A stretch of 49,142 bases of DNA, filler included, from Sphacelaria rigidula (Eukaryota): the NCBI GenBank assembly GCA_964200075.2. It is 3 parts of 3 records of this genome, joined end to end, with 100 filler letters (N's around TTAATTAATTAA, not from the genome) between each part and the next. Parts side by side here need not be neighbours in the genome. Positions count along the whole stretch, not along the records: positions 16,416 to 32,729 come from CAXNAA020001400.1; positions 32,830 to 49,142 come from CAXNAA020001401.1; 1 more part is not named here. One strand, 5' to 3'. The notes under the pieces were generated by a model. The model searched no databases, was not told the DNA's origin, and saw nothing but the letters and a program-made list of their open reading frames with translations. Shown piece after piece: positions 25,843-39,176 of this stretch. A program made the translations under genes and the position numbers. The first letter of the stretch is position 1. Each line of letters begins with the position of its first letter.

Positions 25843-27440
25843 GCCCAACCGTCAGCTCCACAGTCACTTGGTACAGCAAGGGAGTGTTCGTATTTCTCGT
25901 CTTGCGTCACGCAGCCCACTATGTATTACTCGGTCAATATATTACAGAAGTACAGACAGACATTGCGGATCGTACACCACGACACGACAGCAGGGTGTTG
26001 TGTCTCTCTCGCGCGCCCCAGAATTTGAAATTATGCCGAAACGCCTTGTAGAGAACGATGAACATTGCCTTTCCAATGTTGATAGCGTCAATCACGTAAG
26101 AAGGGCTACTTCAAAAATTCTGTTGAAAAACGTGCTGTTGAAAAACAGCTTTTTTCATCATGTTTTTTTTAATACCTAAGAAGTAGCCTTATGGCATAAA
26201 GTTGGAGTTGCACACACATATTGGCGGGACCTACTAGCAGCTGTGCTCCTGTTCAACAGCACCCAAAGACCACATAACTGCTGCACAGTTATCACGTGAT
26301 TTTTCCAACTTTGTGTCAACAGCATTTTGTTCCCACCCATCTGTACAGACCGGACCAGCGGCAGTTCAACATCTCAGGCGAGTTCCAGCTTATATTGAGC
26401 CGCTTTCGTAGGATTCAAGACGCACCACAGTCAGTATGCAACGAAAGCTACAGCATAGAAATGATGGACGTGGGCACGAATTGCATCATTGGTTTACTGA
26501 CTGCACAACGCATCCTACACACCATGGCGGTGGCGCTTTCGGCAGTGTCTAGACTCGTGTACTAACCGGGACAAAACAACAGTACAGCAGTTCAGGCAAC
26601 CCTCAGCGCAGATCCAGCCGTCTTTGCAGGACAGGAATGCTGGGTCTATGCACCAAGGATCTTGTTCGTTGCGAAAGACACAACATTCAACGAACACATT
26701 CTGTTGAACATTTTCAACTTCAAGAAGACAGCACGAACTGCCGACTGCAGGTGTTCGTAATATAATAGTATTATAGCGGCTCAGGCAATTGCAGCAGAGA
26801 CCAGACAGTTTTGCAAGGTCCAAACACACGGCTGTGCAGTGACAGGCGCAGCACGTGAGAGAGCCGTCTGTGTGTGCTGCAGTACAGTAAAACATGACAT
26901 ATCCTATTTTACTTCTTGTGCCAATTTTTCAACAGGTCAAGCGTTTAGAATCGTCTCTCGATTCTGAGCGCTTGCTCGAAATTCAAGATCTGTTCAGAAT
27001 TGTAAGCGTCACTTTTCTTGAAAATTATTACGATTATGTTCGAAGAAGTGGTTCTTGCTACCACCCGTTGGAACCTTCGAAAAATAAAATTCGAACGGCT
27101 CCCATTAGAGTCAGTCTTATACCGAACAATTTCGATTTCAGTTTATTCCCGCACGAAAAAAATACTGCCGACATCGCACTTTTTTGTCTAGCCATAATTT
27201 TGTCCAGAGGCCGTTCTGGAACCTCGGAGCCAACCAAATCTGAAAAATCGGGCTAGACTCCTCTTGGTGAGACAATGCAAAGTGTCGAGGACATGTGATG
27301 ACGATATTCCCCGTTAGGGAGCCAAAAACCGTGTCGAAGGTTCCAAAGGTGGAAAATAGAAAATACGACCCCCCAAAATATGACCAAGGACAAACTTTAT
27401 CAACACGGGATTTTAAGAATTGCAGATGGATTTTGAGGTC

Positions 27441-27770
27441 AGCTCACCACTTGGGATGGTGAGAAATTCCTCAGAAACTTACTGCTTCGAACAAACTATA
27501 ACACCAACACTAACCCTAACCCTAACCCTAACCCTAACGAAGGAACACCCAGAACCCTCGGGGAAGGGGGTTGAGAATGTTACACAGGCACAGGGTGCGT
27601 TGCCAGACCTCAAATCGGCGCCCCAGGCGCCGATTTCGACCAAAACGCGTCCTGCTCCAGCTAGGAGCACGCTTGGAGCATAGCCCCATTAAAGATCCGA
27701 ATTTTCGCTGTTCACACTAATATCAAGTCGAACTATCTGAGAAAATTTTCACCATCCCAAGTGGTGAGCT
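27441..27770. mobile_element. MITE-like element with 35-bp TIRs enclosing telomere-type repeats
   Basis: AGCTCACCACTTGGGATGGTGAGAAATTCCTCAGA versus TCTGAGAAAATTTTCACCATCCCAAGTGGTGAGCT; (CCCTAA)4 at about 27514-27537. Confidence 0.75.
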
Positions 27771-28104
27771 CTACTGTGGATTTTTGTGAGGATGGGCAAG
27801 GCCACATATCACGGCCGCAGAGTGTATTTGCGGTGTTTCCCCGAAAATATTTCGATACTTCACGTATGAAGGTTTCAAAGGTTCATCCTCAAAGAAAATC
27901 CATCAGCAATTTGTACAATCCCGTCTTGATAATATTTTAGTCCTCGCAGCATGTTCACTGCTCATCAACATGTGCGCTGTCAACTTTTCCACGTCAGCGT
28001 ACTGTCGGTGACATTGCGAGATGAGAGCAGATACACCTATCGCAAACTAGCATGCGGAGACAAATTTATAACCAACAACTCGTGGAATGATAACGAAAAC
28101 CCAC

Positions 28105-28500
28105 CTGCCCAACAACCTCCTCAGCACCTGTCTTGAAGTCACGCACCGATATCGTTTCAACTTCCCACCGATATGTCGTCGTTTCACCGTCTTCATGGGC
28201 CGTGTCGCCAGTCGGATATCCTGCGTTTGCCTCGCTAGCTTCGCTACAGCGGCCACAACCCGGGTTACGTTCATTACAAACACGACCATCACCACACTTT
28301 CGGGGCTCATCGGGTTCGCCCATCTGTGTAGGGCCGCTGGTGGAGACAAGGTCGTGAGCCCGTGCTGCCCCAGATGGTGATGACTTGAGACAAGACCGCC
28401 TTCTTGTGTCATGTTGCAGTGACGCGGCTGCCTCCGCCTCATCGACCTCGCGGAGGAAGTCATCGCTGAAGTCTACATCGAAATCTTCGTCCATACTCAT
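28105..28500 (-). CDS. Probable first coding exon of unknown assignment (possibly the PrimPol N-terminus)
   Basis: ATG-initiated open frame MSMDEDFDVDFSDDFLREVDEAEAAA...EEVVGQ ending at a CAG|GTGGGT donor; the acidic N-terminus is protein-like; same strand as PrimPol and upstream of it. Confidence 0.55.
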
Positions 28501-29359
28501 GCACTGGCGAACCATGCTGTACACTGCCGGACGCTGTTCTACACTGCTGTGCTGTACTGTGCGCAGCGCTGAGCGGGGCAGATAGTGCTTCGAAGGACGG
28601 AAAACAGTTCCGAAATTTGAATTTGTGGAAAATGGCGATAGACGGCTCGGTACATGACAGCGAAACGTTCAAGCGCGGCAAAATTAGTTCCGGTTCGACC
28701 TTCGAAATCTCTTCACTCCCGCTACCTTGAAAGCCGGGAGCGAAACTTCCCGATACCAGAGAGGGGAGGAGGTGGACGGCGCGAGCCAGTACACGAGCAG
28801 TTGATACCACCGTGATAACAGGATATATTCGATGGATCCACCGCATAGAGTATAGTTCGCCCGTCACCGGTAAATTGTTGTCGAAAGGTGCTGTAACACT
28901 CGAAACCGTAAGTACCCATGGACCGGACCAAATAGCACTTCATCGGGTCAGGATGAACCAGAGGGCGATAACCGACGCCATTTCGCAGCTTCAGATAAAG
29001 GGAGATGTATACACCCGGCAACTTATCATAGAGCAGCGGAGAATCGATGATATTGGGACGGTAAGTGGGAACCTTACGATGACAGTAAACGCTGATTCAG
29101 AAAGCACTGGGTAGTTCCATTTGTGTCCCGTAGACACAGCACACTACATCCTGAAGTATTGCCATAAGGGAACAGTACGAGAATCTGGCCTCAACCTACA
29201 GCGGCAGCTTTGCTGGGTCGTTTCCATCAAGCCATAACAACGACGTGAAACGACGGACGGTCGTAGTGTGTCCGAAAGGACAAGCGATCGGTACGACTGT
29301 TGTGCTCCCCGTTTGCCATGTCGGCCCACGTGGGCAAGCAGGGATTTCAGAGGTACACA

Positions 29360-32190
29360 GTTAGGGATGCGAATCGCTCACTAAACATACGGGAATTCCC
29401 CCCCCCAAAGTGTCCCGGCTCTTCCTGATGGACAAATCAGGCTAGCTAGTCAGACACAGAGGATCCGTCCGGCCGGTTTCAAGAGAACCCCGAAAGACCT
29501 CCTGCGCAGATCACACACACTGCCGCAGGTGCATTGCTCATGGTCGTACTACTATAATGATTCATTCTTCAAGTGAAAATTATATTCCGTGGCCCGTGGC
29601 GAAGGATAGATAGTTTTATCTTTTATATTATTGGAGAGTGCCTTGACGTAGTCGACCCTGTGATAGAGGGATCAGATGTGGAGTAAGCTCAGGCGGCAGC
29701 GCAGCAGCTGGCCTGAGCGTGGTACTGTAGTCACACACACTCGACTACCAGTACCCGTGCGTCTGCATAGGTCTATCCGCACATGTGCATGTTCCCTCAG
29801 TGTACCCGTTCACATGAACACCCCCTGAACCGGTACATCAGTCGTCGTGGCTTTCTCCTAAAAAAAAATTGTAAGGGGGGAACCCGGCCATCCGAGCAAA
29901 ACCCCCCTCCCCTCAACAGCTTGTGCTCCATCAAGATAATCCATGGACGCCGATCAAAGCAGATAAACGTCATGTCAGGAAATGCTCTACAAAACCCATG
30001 CCCCTCAAAGTAGCGTGGGTGGCTTAACCCGAAATGCGCATAAATGCATCACTCAAACACCTGAAAATACCCGGCGCTAGCACAATGGTACACACAATAA
30101 AAACGTACCTACTTGTCACCTTCCAAGTTCATAAAAAAACGTATGTGCCTCGTAAACAGGTTGATCTAGAGAGGCTTCGTCAAAATATCAGCTGTCATCC
30201 TGAGCCTACATGCACAAACCCGACCTTTCCCGTCCCCACCAGCTCTAGAATGAAGCGGTATCTCACGTCTATGTGCTTACTCCTTTCGGAACTGAGAGGA
30301 TTCTCGGCCAGAGCTTTTGCTCTCTCGTTGTCCTCGTACAAAAAATACCTTGGTCCTCCCCGCTTCCCGACACAGTCTGCGGTCGCAGGAACGTCAACAC
30401 TGCCTTTACAAGCAGTCTCTCCTTTGCCCCCTCGGCCATTGCAACATACTCTGCCTCCGTAGTTGACAGAGTCACACAGTGTTGCGTGCGGCTCGTTGCC
30501 GACACTACCATACCACCGTACATTACAGCTACCCCTAATACCGAACGCCTATCCGTTTCCTTCTGAGCGTAGTCTGCATCGCAGTAGACTGAGAGCCTAT
30601 CATGACCTTTCTTGAACGTAAGTCCAAACTCCTTCGTCTCATTGAGATACTCAAGCACTTTCATCACAGCTTCCCAGTGCCTCTCGCATGGGTCATGAGA
30701 CTGGCGAGCAAGCGCTCGTACCGAATTCGCGATGCCGGGTCTAGTGACTGTTGCCAGCCACATCAACCCCCCCACTGCGTTACGGTATGGGCGATTCATC
30801 TTTTTGTCTTCGCCCGTTGTCGGCCCCAACTTTACACAAACAGAGACAGGGATTTCCGAGTACCCCCTCACCTCAAAACGCTTCAGGAACGTGTTCGTGA
30901 ACGTGGTTTGCGTCACAGACAGCGTGCTTCTATCCCAGTCTCTATCCACTGCGCACCCCATGTACCAGGTGATCTCTCCGACATTGCTCGTGGGGAACTT
31001 TTTGTTCAGGATTTTTCCCACCTTTCCTACGTTTTCCTCAGAACCACTGATAAGGATGTCGTCCACACGGACAACTAAAATCACACGCACGTCTCCTGCA
31101 TCCTCCACCCTGAAAACACATGGGTCAGTCTCACACTGCACCATCCCGACATTCTCCAGTACAGTTTGGCACAGAAGACGAGACCACCGCCTGCCCGCTT
31201 GCTTGATCCCGTAAAAAGATTCTTCCAGCTCCACGGTCACGTCTGTCAAAACGGAGCAACCTTCAGGCAACCTCATGTACACGTCGGTATCCATTTCTGC
31301 TTGAACAAAAGCCTGTGTCACGTCAAAATGATACAGCGGCCACATTTCCTGATCTGCCACTGCCATGACCAGTTTGATGGAGGCCATGGAGGGCGTTGCC
31401 GCAAAAGTCTCGAAATAGTCGACTGCAAAACGTTGTCCAAACCCTCGCGCTACCAACCTTGCCTTTGCCTTCGTTACAGTATCGTCTGCGTCAGTCTTCC
31501 AACTAAAAACCCACTTCGCTGAAATTACGTTTACTCCTTCCGGTACAGGTCCAGCCGAAAATGTTCCAGCCTTTTCATGGCCTTCTAGTTCGGCCTGCAT
31601 CGCGCCTAACCATGCCTCTCGAAATTCTGATTTTGCGATGTCATCCATACTGGTTGGTGCTGCCTCTATTTCGCTTACATGTAGATCAACCGGTGAACGC
31701 AAACCGAATTCAGGCTGCCCTAATCTGCCTTTCTCAGCAACAAAACAAAAAAAACTCGTTTTCAGCTAACTCGTTTTCAGTCGAAGCGATTGCGTCTTGT
31801 CCGGCCACCTGTCCTGCTGCCGCGGTGATCATCTCCATGGTTGAGCATTTGTCCTCCACCATTCCCGCCAGCGCCATCTCCGCTTCCTTTTTGCTCTCCT
31901 CCGCTCCGCCAGCACCAGCGTTTCGTCTCGTGCGTGTACCGACCCCATTACCTCGCGCGTTTGGCTCCTCGTACGCCCCGCCCTTGGTGTAAGTACCCGG
32001 TCAGCCCACGCAAGCCGGCGTTGCTCGGTCCTCGGGAGTTGAGGAGCGTCACCGCCCCCCCCCGCCGTCTTGCGAGGGACCCGTGAAAGAGGGTGACAGT
32101 GCGAGCAACGAGGCAGTGTCCAATGCCGATGTGAGCGTCGGCGTAGGTGTCGCCGTAGGCGTAGGTATCGGCGTCTGCGCTGATGTAAGC

Positions 32191-32224
<34 letters not shown>

Positions 32225-32729
32225 CCGGCTCCACCTCACCCCCTCCGTTGACAGAATCTGGAACGGGGATCTCTGGTATCACCCCGCCTCCCCCCCCCCC
32301 TCGCGGGGACGGTAAAAGCACTTCGCCCCCTCCACTACTGACGGGGATCTGCGGTGCTGCTCTGCCCCTCCCACCAACGGAACTCGGCGGGGAGGACGGC
32401 GCGCTTGAGGAACCGCTGGACAAAGTGTCCACTGTCGAGCTTTCCGTCCTGTCTTCACTCACACCCTGGCCTTGATCGACGCTGGAATCCTTCAGCTCGC
32501 TCTGCGTCTGGATCGCTTGATGTAGTGTGCGGGGGAGGGCAGCGGACGTAAGTGCCCATGTTACATGTCTTGTCACGGAGATAGTTCCTCGTACAGTCAG
32601 AACTCGCATGGCGTCACGTTGGTAGCCCTCGGCTGGGCTCAAGTACCAGCATTTTTCGGCCTTCGGCTGTAATTTATTTGTCCGCTTCCTCCTACAAAAA
32701 CCAGGCTTCAAGAACGGAATGAGATCACC
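29360..32729 (-). mobile_element. Ty1/copia LTR retrotransposon, degenerate, cut off by a gap (post-integrase region, RT, RNase H, PPT, probable 3' LTR)
   Basis: ORF 30269-31702: KWVFSWK, KAKARLVARGF, DVTQAFV, YGIKQAGRRW, VRVDDILI, TRPGIA, YCDADYA, LSTTEAEYVA. Frameshifted KHIDVRY/ADILTKPL near 30110-30290. KLQPKAEKCWYL near 32640-32670. Polypurine tract GAGGGGAGGGGGG at about 29902-29914. LTR boundaries approximate. Confidence 0.92.
30269..31702 (-). pseudogene. Copia reverse transcriptase/RNase H ORF remnant
   Basis: 477-aa ORF with copia RT and RNase H motifs; YVDD altered to RVDD; frameshifts on both sides. Confidence 0.88.
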
Positions 32730-32829
32730 NNNNNNNNNNNNNNNNNNNNNNNNNNNNNNNNNNNNNNNNNNNNTTAATTAATTAANNNNNNNNNNNNNNN
32801 NNNNNNNNNNNNNNNNNNNNNNNNNNNNN
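32730..32829. other. Assembly gap with artificial six-frame stop linker
   Basis: 100 nt of N containing TTAATTAATTAA at 32774-32785. Confidence 0.95.
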
Positions 32830-35800
32830 GACCAAACTTTGCTTCGCCATCCCGGCGCACGCGAGATGTCGTAAGGGACTGATGATCCATTGGCATCGAT
32901 CGTTCTCTCGAAAACCTGCAGCACAGTCAGTACCCAGCCCAGAGATTACAGGATACTGTTGTCTGTGCTGTCTCATGCAGTGAGTTGTACAATGGGTGTC
33001 AGCTTGCACACAACAGTAGTACGCACGGCTGTAGAAAAAATGTTGCGTACAGCGTGAGATATGTGGACAACGTGCAATACAGACAATAGCAGGCAGTACT
33101 GTACTGTCTGTACTGCCAATTGAACAGTAGGATCCACATGCCATGCTGCACCCGACGGCTGCCGACAATTATTTGGGCGACGTGCAGTCACTACGTGGGT
33201 TGTACTGCCGCATCCAACAGTACAGTAGGATGAAAAGGTTAGTTTGCCAGTAGTACAACGGCTGTACTAATGATGATGTGGGCAACGTGCAGTACAGACA
33301 GAACTAAGCAGTATAATACTGCCTGTTCTGCCTGCCGCATACGGCAGTATACATGCGCACATGTCAGGTTGGAGACGGTAATATACAACGGCTGCACTAG
33401 AATTGATGTGGAGGAGTGCAGTACAGACAGTACTAGATAGTAGAGTACTTTAGTCTGTACTGCCGCGTACGTGATATGGCAGTATAGATTGAAGATGGCA
33501 GGTTGCACACAGTGCGCCAGCAGCGATCGGGGGAGGTCTACGTTTCAGGTCTTTTTACCTAAGCACAGGGAGCTTGGCATGGCAAAGCCTTTAGGTCTTT
33601 GTACCTTGCCTTAGCCTGCACATCCCTTCGGTTTCCGCTGACCGTTTTCTTTTCGTATCCCCCCACCCTTTTGGTACCCACCCCCCTCAAAAATATATCT
33701 GCAACCGTAAGCTAGGGTCAAGATCGCTCATAGTATTTTCCAAGCGGTATTTTTTCCTCATAGTATGTTGCGAAATTCGAGGGAAAATAAGCAACGGGAA
33801 GAAACGGCCTTTTTAGGGGCAATAATCAGTTTTCATATATCGGTAAAATGCCTCACTCATGAAAAAAAAAAAATGTGTACGCCAGTAATTATTATTATTA
33901 TGCCTTACTCATTGTCCATACCAAATTTCAGGGTCCAGCTCCAAGTATTGGCCGTATGATGGGCCTGCAAACTGCAGAATCGCTTCTCGGCTGGCCCAGC
34001 TCGTAACACTGACACATACATCCAGACAGCACACAATCTGCGCAAGAATAATGGAAAACAACTCGAAAACGGTTGATTTTAGTTTAATTGTTTAGTTGAA
34101 TTGTTTCAAAACGGCACGCACCTATGAACTCGGCACATGGAAACCTCTTCATGTCAGTCAACGAATACGACACCCCAGTAGACTTTCTCTACCCGCTTCT
34201 TCTCTGCAGTGCTTTTCTTCCGCATTCTGGCCTGACTTGCGAGGTGAGATTCGTTCCGGGCCCATCAAGGTCTATGGTTTCAGCCGTGAAAGTAATACAG
34301 GTGCAACCGAGCCGGTTAGGGTGGCCTCACATACCTAGCTGATATACATACGTAGACACAGCACCATTTTGATTTCATGCTGGGCCTTCTACACCAGTGC
34401 CAAAGTTGTTGAGGCGAATCCATCCTGGCAAGTTTATCTCTCTTGCATTTTTCTATCTCTGTCCCAACCAGACCGCTATCTTGTCCTATAGTCTTATGCC
34501 AGACCTCCAAATACTGATGGATGCCCCTAATCGTCGTCCAACACTGAGAATAAACTGTTCCGAAACTCCAACCGGACGATCCCGGTGATGGCCAGGTGTC
34601 TGGACACTGTTGCGTCAAGATCCTTGAGGTGTATGCGCTGGAACTCACACGGAGACAAGAACATGTATGGGAACGCGTAAATCGTCCACAAGTTAGGTGT
34701 GAGGATCATTTTGCCTCTGCGCTGGCTACTTGCCAAGATAACGTATCTGCAATAGGTGCGGTAATGGTGGCGCGGCAGTGATGATGCTATAACCCTTCGA
34801 GGCCCCTGCCTCACGACTGGCCAAGGCGCATTCTGCAGACTGGTCGTCAGTGCAGATGGCGATACACACACGATTAAGCACGCGGCTCGTGAGTCTCTGA
34901 AGACCGCACTCGATCTATGCAAACCTCACCCGTTAGAGTAGTTCAGTCCAACAGTGGTCATGAAGGGCTGCGCAGCTACCCCACCGCATCGCAAAATGAG
35001 CTGCGATGATCGGGGCGCAAAAAGTGAACGGGCTCTTCGAGAGAATCATAACGACCACACACAATGACTGCCCTTTTCCTTTTTTGTTCTGGGGTTCTCC
35101 GTCCAAATACACTTGGTTTCAAAATCCCATCTCTTGACGGGTGAGTCGCGCGTACAGGCAAACACCCTCCCTGTTCACACCCTACATACCCTTGTGCACC
35201 ATCCACACCCACCCTAAAGCTCTGGGGTTGTTTTAGTGCTTCGGAGACGTCCACTCAAAACCTGAAACTTATTTAAATCCTCTGGCTTACTGATCTGACC
35301 GCGGGGCGTTCCCTGAAATGGACGGCGCAGTATGATGCATTGAGATTTGAAGCACTCAACGCAATGATCGGCGCTCGAAACGCGCACGTAACCGTAGAGT
35401 CCCGCGCCGGCAAAATCTATCCTTTGATGGAATGTCCCGCTACACCGCTTCTTATCCCACGAAGGCAACGCATACAAGGTTGGGACCATCAACGTTCTAT
35501 TCTAAGGATATGCCGGATTCACATATCCCTCGCCAGTGAGACACCTTGGTTGAAGTTCGATGCCGTACCGGAAGGATATGGCTCCAAGTACCACTCGACT
35601 TGGCTTGACTTCCGTCAGAACTGTACCTGGGCGGCTACAGTCTGAGTACCGCTGTGATGATATCAAAAAGCAGACGTCTCCTCCGCAATTATCTCCTCGA
35701 GCAAGGAAGAAATGCACGTAATTTACTGGCCCTGAGAACTCCAGTGCAAAAGGTTTGACGGAATACACGCATGCCGAAAAATGAAACAATGCGTTAGAAG

Positions 35801-36404
35801 TGCGCTGCCTTGGGGATACGGGGCGTCGAACCGTAATCGACTTGCCATTGGTACACAGCCCGCATGGAACACTGATTGTACGGTGTTGTGCTGGCTTCCA
35901 AACGAAAAAAAGAAAAACGACGGAAAAGAGCCTCAGAGAGGTGGACAAATGGCATGGTATCTGCCTCACTTGCAACATACAGCGAAAAATGTAAGTGGGA
36001 CGTGTAGTATGAGGCCCGGAGGTTTTGAGTCCGCGGGCGACAGACCGCGAGCAACAGAAACAAACCTGTCATATAGTATTCTTCGTGCCGGGTGATTGTA
36101 GTATTAAAATGAACCGTTCACTAGTTCCATAAAATCATGATGATGTCATATTATTGGCTTTTTTTCTCGTGTGTCGCAGATGTGGAAAAATGTGAACGTG
36201 ACAGCCCGTGGAAATTCCAAACATTTCTTCACAAAGCGATATTCTGGACGAACGACGATAGTAAGTAACGAACTTGAAATTCACGGCGTGCAACTTCCTC
36301 GCTTGAGAAGACAACGGAATGGGTATGCTTCATCGAATATTCTGTAGAGAGGAAAAAAACGTGATTAAGGTTTGACTATCCCGCGGCATTTGCAGTGGTC
36401 GTCG

Positions 36405-38412
36405 GTGATTGATTTGATTGATTGATTGTCGCACTTTAAGTGACCACCCATGGGTCCAGCCGTGGTCGCATGATGGACGTATCCCGGAAAAGCAAAACCG
36501 AATCGCTCCTTCTAGACAAAGAAGGACCAGAAAAACGTCGAACAGAACGACAAAGACGTGAAAAGAAAATAATCAAGAGAGGGGAAAATCAAATTAAGCA
36601 ATGCACAGATGGTTGATGGCCGACCTAAGAAAAAAGAAGAAGGGAGCAGAAAATAAGCAAATGGAATGAAATAATTGGAAGCAGGGGAAACGCCCAATGG
36701 ATTCAGGGCAGCAGAGTAGATACAGACAGACAGACACCAGTTGGCACCGCAGAGCCACCGACTAAAGACATGATCAACAACCGATATGAGTAGAGAGGAT
36801 ACTTGGATTGGCGGCCCTCGACGCAGCAGCCTCTCGCTTGTGACGGCGGTCTGATTCTCGTTTGTCCGCGCGTTGCCAGGTGTCCTCAAACTCCTCCGCT
36901 CCTTTTTCGACTCCAATATCTCATTTGCCCATGTTCTCCGTTGCAGTGATCCGATCGTATGCATCGTTAACTTCTACACCGTGGATGAACCACTTCCGCC
37001 GGACTCCTTTGTGGGGAACAGCCCCTTGCGCACGTAGGTTCTCGTTTGGGGTATCTCCCTATTGCTTGGGGAGGCGGCCGGCCACCTCGGGTCCTCGTTT
37101 GGAAAACCAACCGTTCATGACGCGTTTAGGGACCCCTGTGCCCTGTGTCCTGCCGGACAAGGGCTCCCGTGAATCAGAGTTGGCGTTTGCGGATAGTCGT
37201 CTCGGTCGTTCGCAGGTGGTCATCTCGAGCACCGCTCTGTACGAAAGAGTCTTGTAGCCATTTCGTTTATTCCTGCGGGATCCAACCACTCGCGGCAAGA
37301 GCTTGTGATGGGCAGTCCGCAGACTGTCGAAGTCCTCAGAACGTAGCGTCCATGTGGCGCATTCATACAACAGAGCTTCTACCACCTCCGCTTTAAGCAG
37401 TCGAACTTTCAAGGATAGCTCGGTGTGGGTCGGTCGTAGAGTTGGGAGCTATATGTGCGGATACGCGCCCACGCCGCGCTGATACGGCGGTTGACTTCGA
37501 TGGACATTTTCGCATCCGCGCTGATAGCTCCACCAAGGTAGATGAACTTTCCCGTTTGCTTATACCGTTGACCGGCAGCTCTGATATCCAGGGCGGCCTC
37601 CGTGGGACTGGGTACTGACCAAAGGTGCATGGACTCGGCCTTGCTCTCGGAGACCATTAGGCCGAATTCCTGTCAGGCCATCATTCGAGCAAGGCCTTCT
37701 GCGGTCTTCGCGGCTTTGCCGGCGTCATCCGCATAAAGTATTGCCCACACCGCGCGTCGCACCTTTTCCAGCGGTGTCTCTTCCACGGGTTCACGACCGT
37801 CACCTTTTGGCGCCTCATCTAGAAATACCAAGTTTGAGACGATGACAGGGTCCGCCGCAAACCGCTGAACGATCACTTCCACCAATCCTGCTCCGAAGAT
37901 GTCGAGCAACAGTGAAGACGAATCGCAACCTTGTCTAAGTCCCTGGCAGACGTGGAACCACGCTGATTGTTTGCCACTATTGAGCTGTACCCGAGCTCCC
38001 ATGCCGTCGTGAACCATTCGGATGATCGTGATCATTCGCGATGGGACTCCGACCCGAGCAAGCACTTCCCACAGGAGAGTGCGGTCTACAGAATCGTAAG
38101 CTTTCTGCAGATCGATAAAGCATATGTTTTTTGGACGTTACTCGCCCATCCCAACTCCTGGAGTCAGCGCTCTACGAACATCATGTCTTTCGTCGATCTT
38201 TGGCACCTGAATCCACTCTGCTCTTCCTGGGTTTACATCTGTTTCCCCACAAAAATTACCGAGCCTGCTGGCTACGATTTTGAGGATAACTTTGACAGTA
38301 TGTGCCACAAGTAAAATGCCTCTTGAGTTACTACACTGGATCATATTTTTTTTTTACGTGTAGCATTTTGATGGTGACATCTTTCTATTCTTGCGGCACC
38401 TCGCCAGAAGTC
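36405..38412 (-). mobile_element. 5'-truncated non-LTR retrotransposon (LINE, RTE-like RT), degenerate
   Basis: Fragments GEVPQE*KDVTIKMLH, CSNSRGILLVAH, GLRQGC, ILYADDAG, FIYLGGAISAD, VVEALLYECATWTL with stops and frameshifts; the 3' end finishes in a (CAAT)n tail at about 36405-36427. Confidence 0.9.
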
Positions 38413-39176
38413 GGTGATGTCGTGCATAACTTTAGTCGAGAGAACAACTGAAGCGACATCGTCTCATCACTGGATCCATAGACAAGCAGGTTCAAACATG
38501 TGATGGGTCTTGCTGTGGTGGACGGGTAACATCTCGGCGCTGGTGCAGGAAGCACGCGACAAAGAAACACGAGGAGTACATACACCCGAACAAGCACACA
38601 CCGACACTCGTCACACGCGCGCATCAGCCGGCTTTGTCGTTCTCTCGCTTTCACATCCAAGTGACCTCTCACTTGCAAACAAAATGCAGCCATCATGGTT
38701 TCTCGAATATGGTGCGTGTGCAACGTCCTCGCCTGGAAGAGAGCTGGAGCTTTTGATTGCTCGCAGGGCCTGCAAACAGGTCGAAAAGTGTCGACATTCA
38801 TGACAAGGGTCGTCGGTTCTTCAGGAGGGAACCTCCTCAATTGATGATGAGCTATAGCCATCGATATTGTTGTCCGCCAGTTTCGGAAACAGCTTCAAAG
38901 ATGTGGCGGTTCTTGCGGTGGACGTAGGTCGAGCATGTTTGCGCTGGTACAGCAGAGGCGCGAGAAAGCAACACAAAACTGACACACCGCCCCCCGAAAA
39001 ACGCGCTCAGGCACTCGCCACGCAGTGTGTTCGTTCACTCTCTGCTGCCAAAGTCACGTCAAAAACCTTGGATGTGGACCTTACCTTAATCCTTAGAACA
39101 GCCTTGATAACTTCCTGCCTCGCCTTTCCCACGCTCGCCTGAAAAGGCTACGCCCGCCCCCGGGTGAAGCCCTTTT

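Larger units (their letters stand above)
24972..26188. mobile_element. PIF/Harbinger-like (Tourist-type) non-autonomous element
   Basis: TTA|GGCTACTTCTTA...TAAGAAGTAGCC|TTA: 3-bp TTA duplication, perfect 12-bp TIR extending imperfectly to about 60 bp. Confidence 0.75.

Noticed and set aside
31829..32475. His-rich and Asp-rich ORFs
   Set aside because: Alternative frames of a (GAT)n microsatellite in the copia integrase-RT linker.
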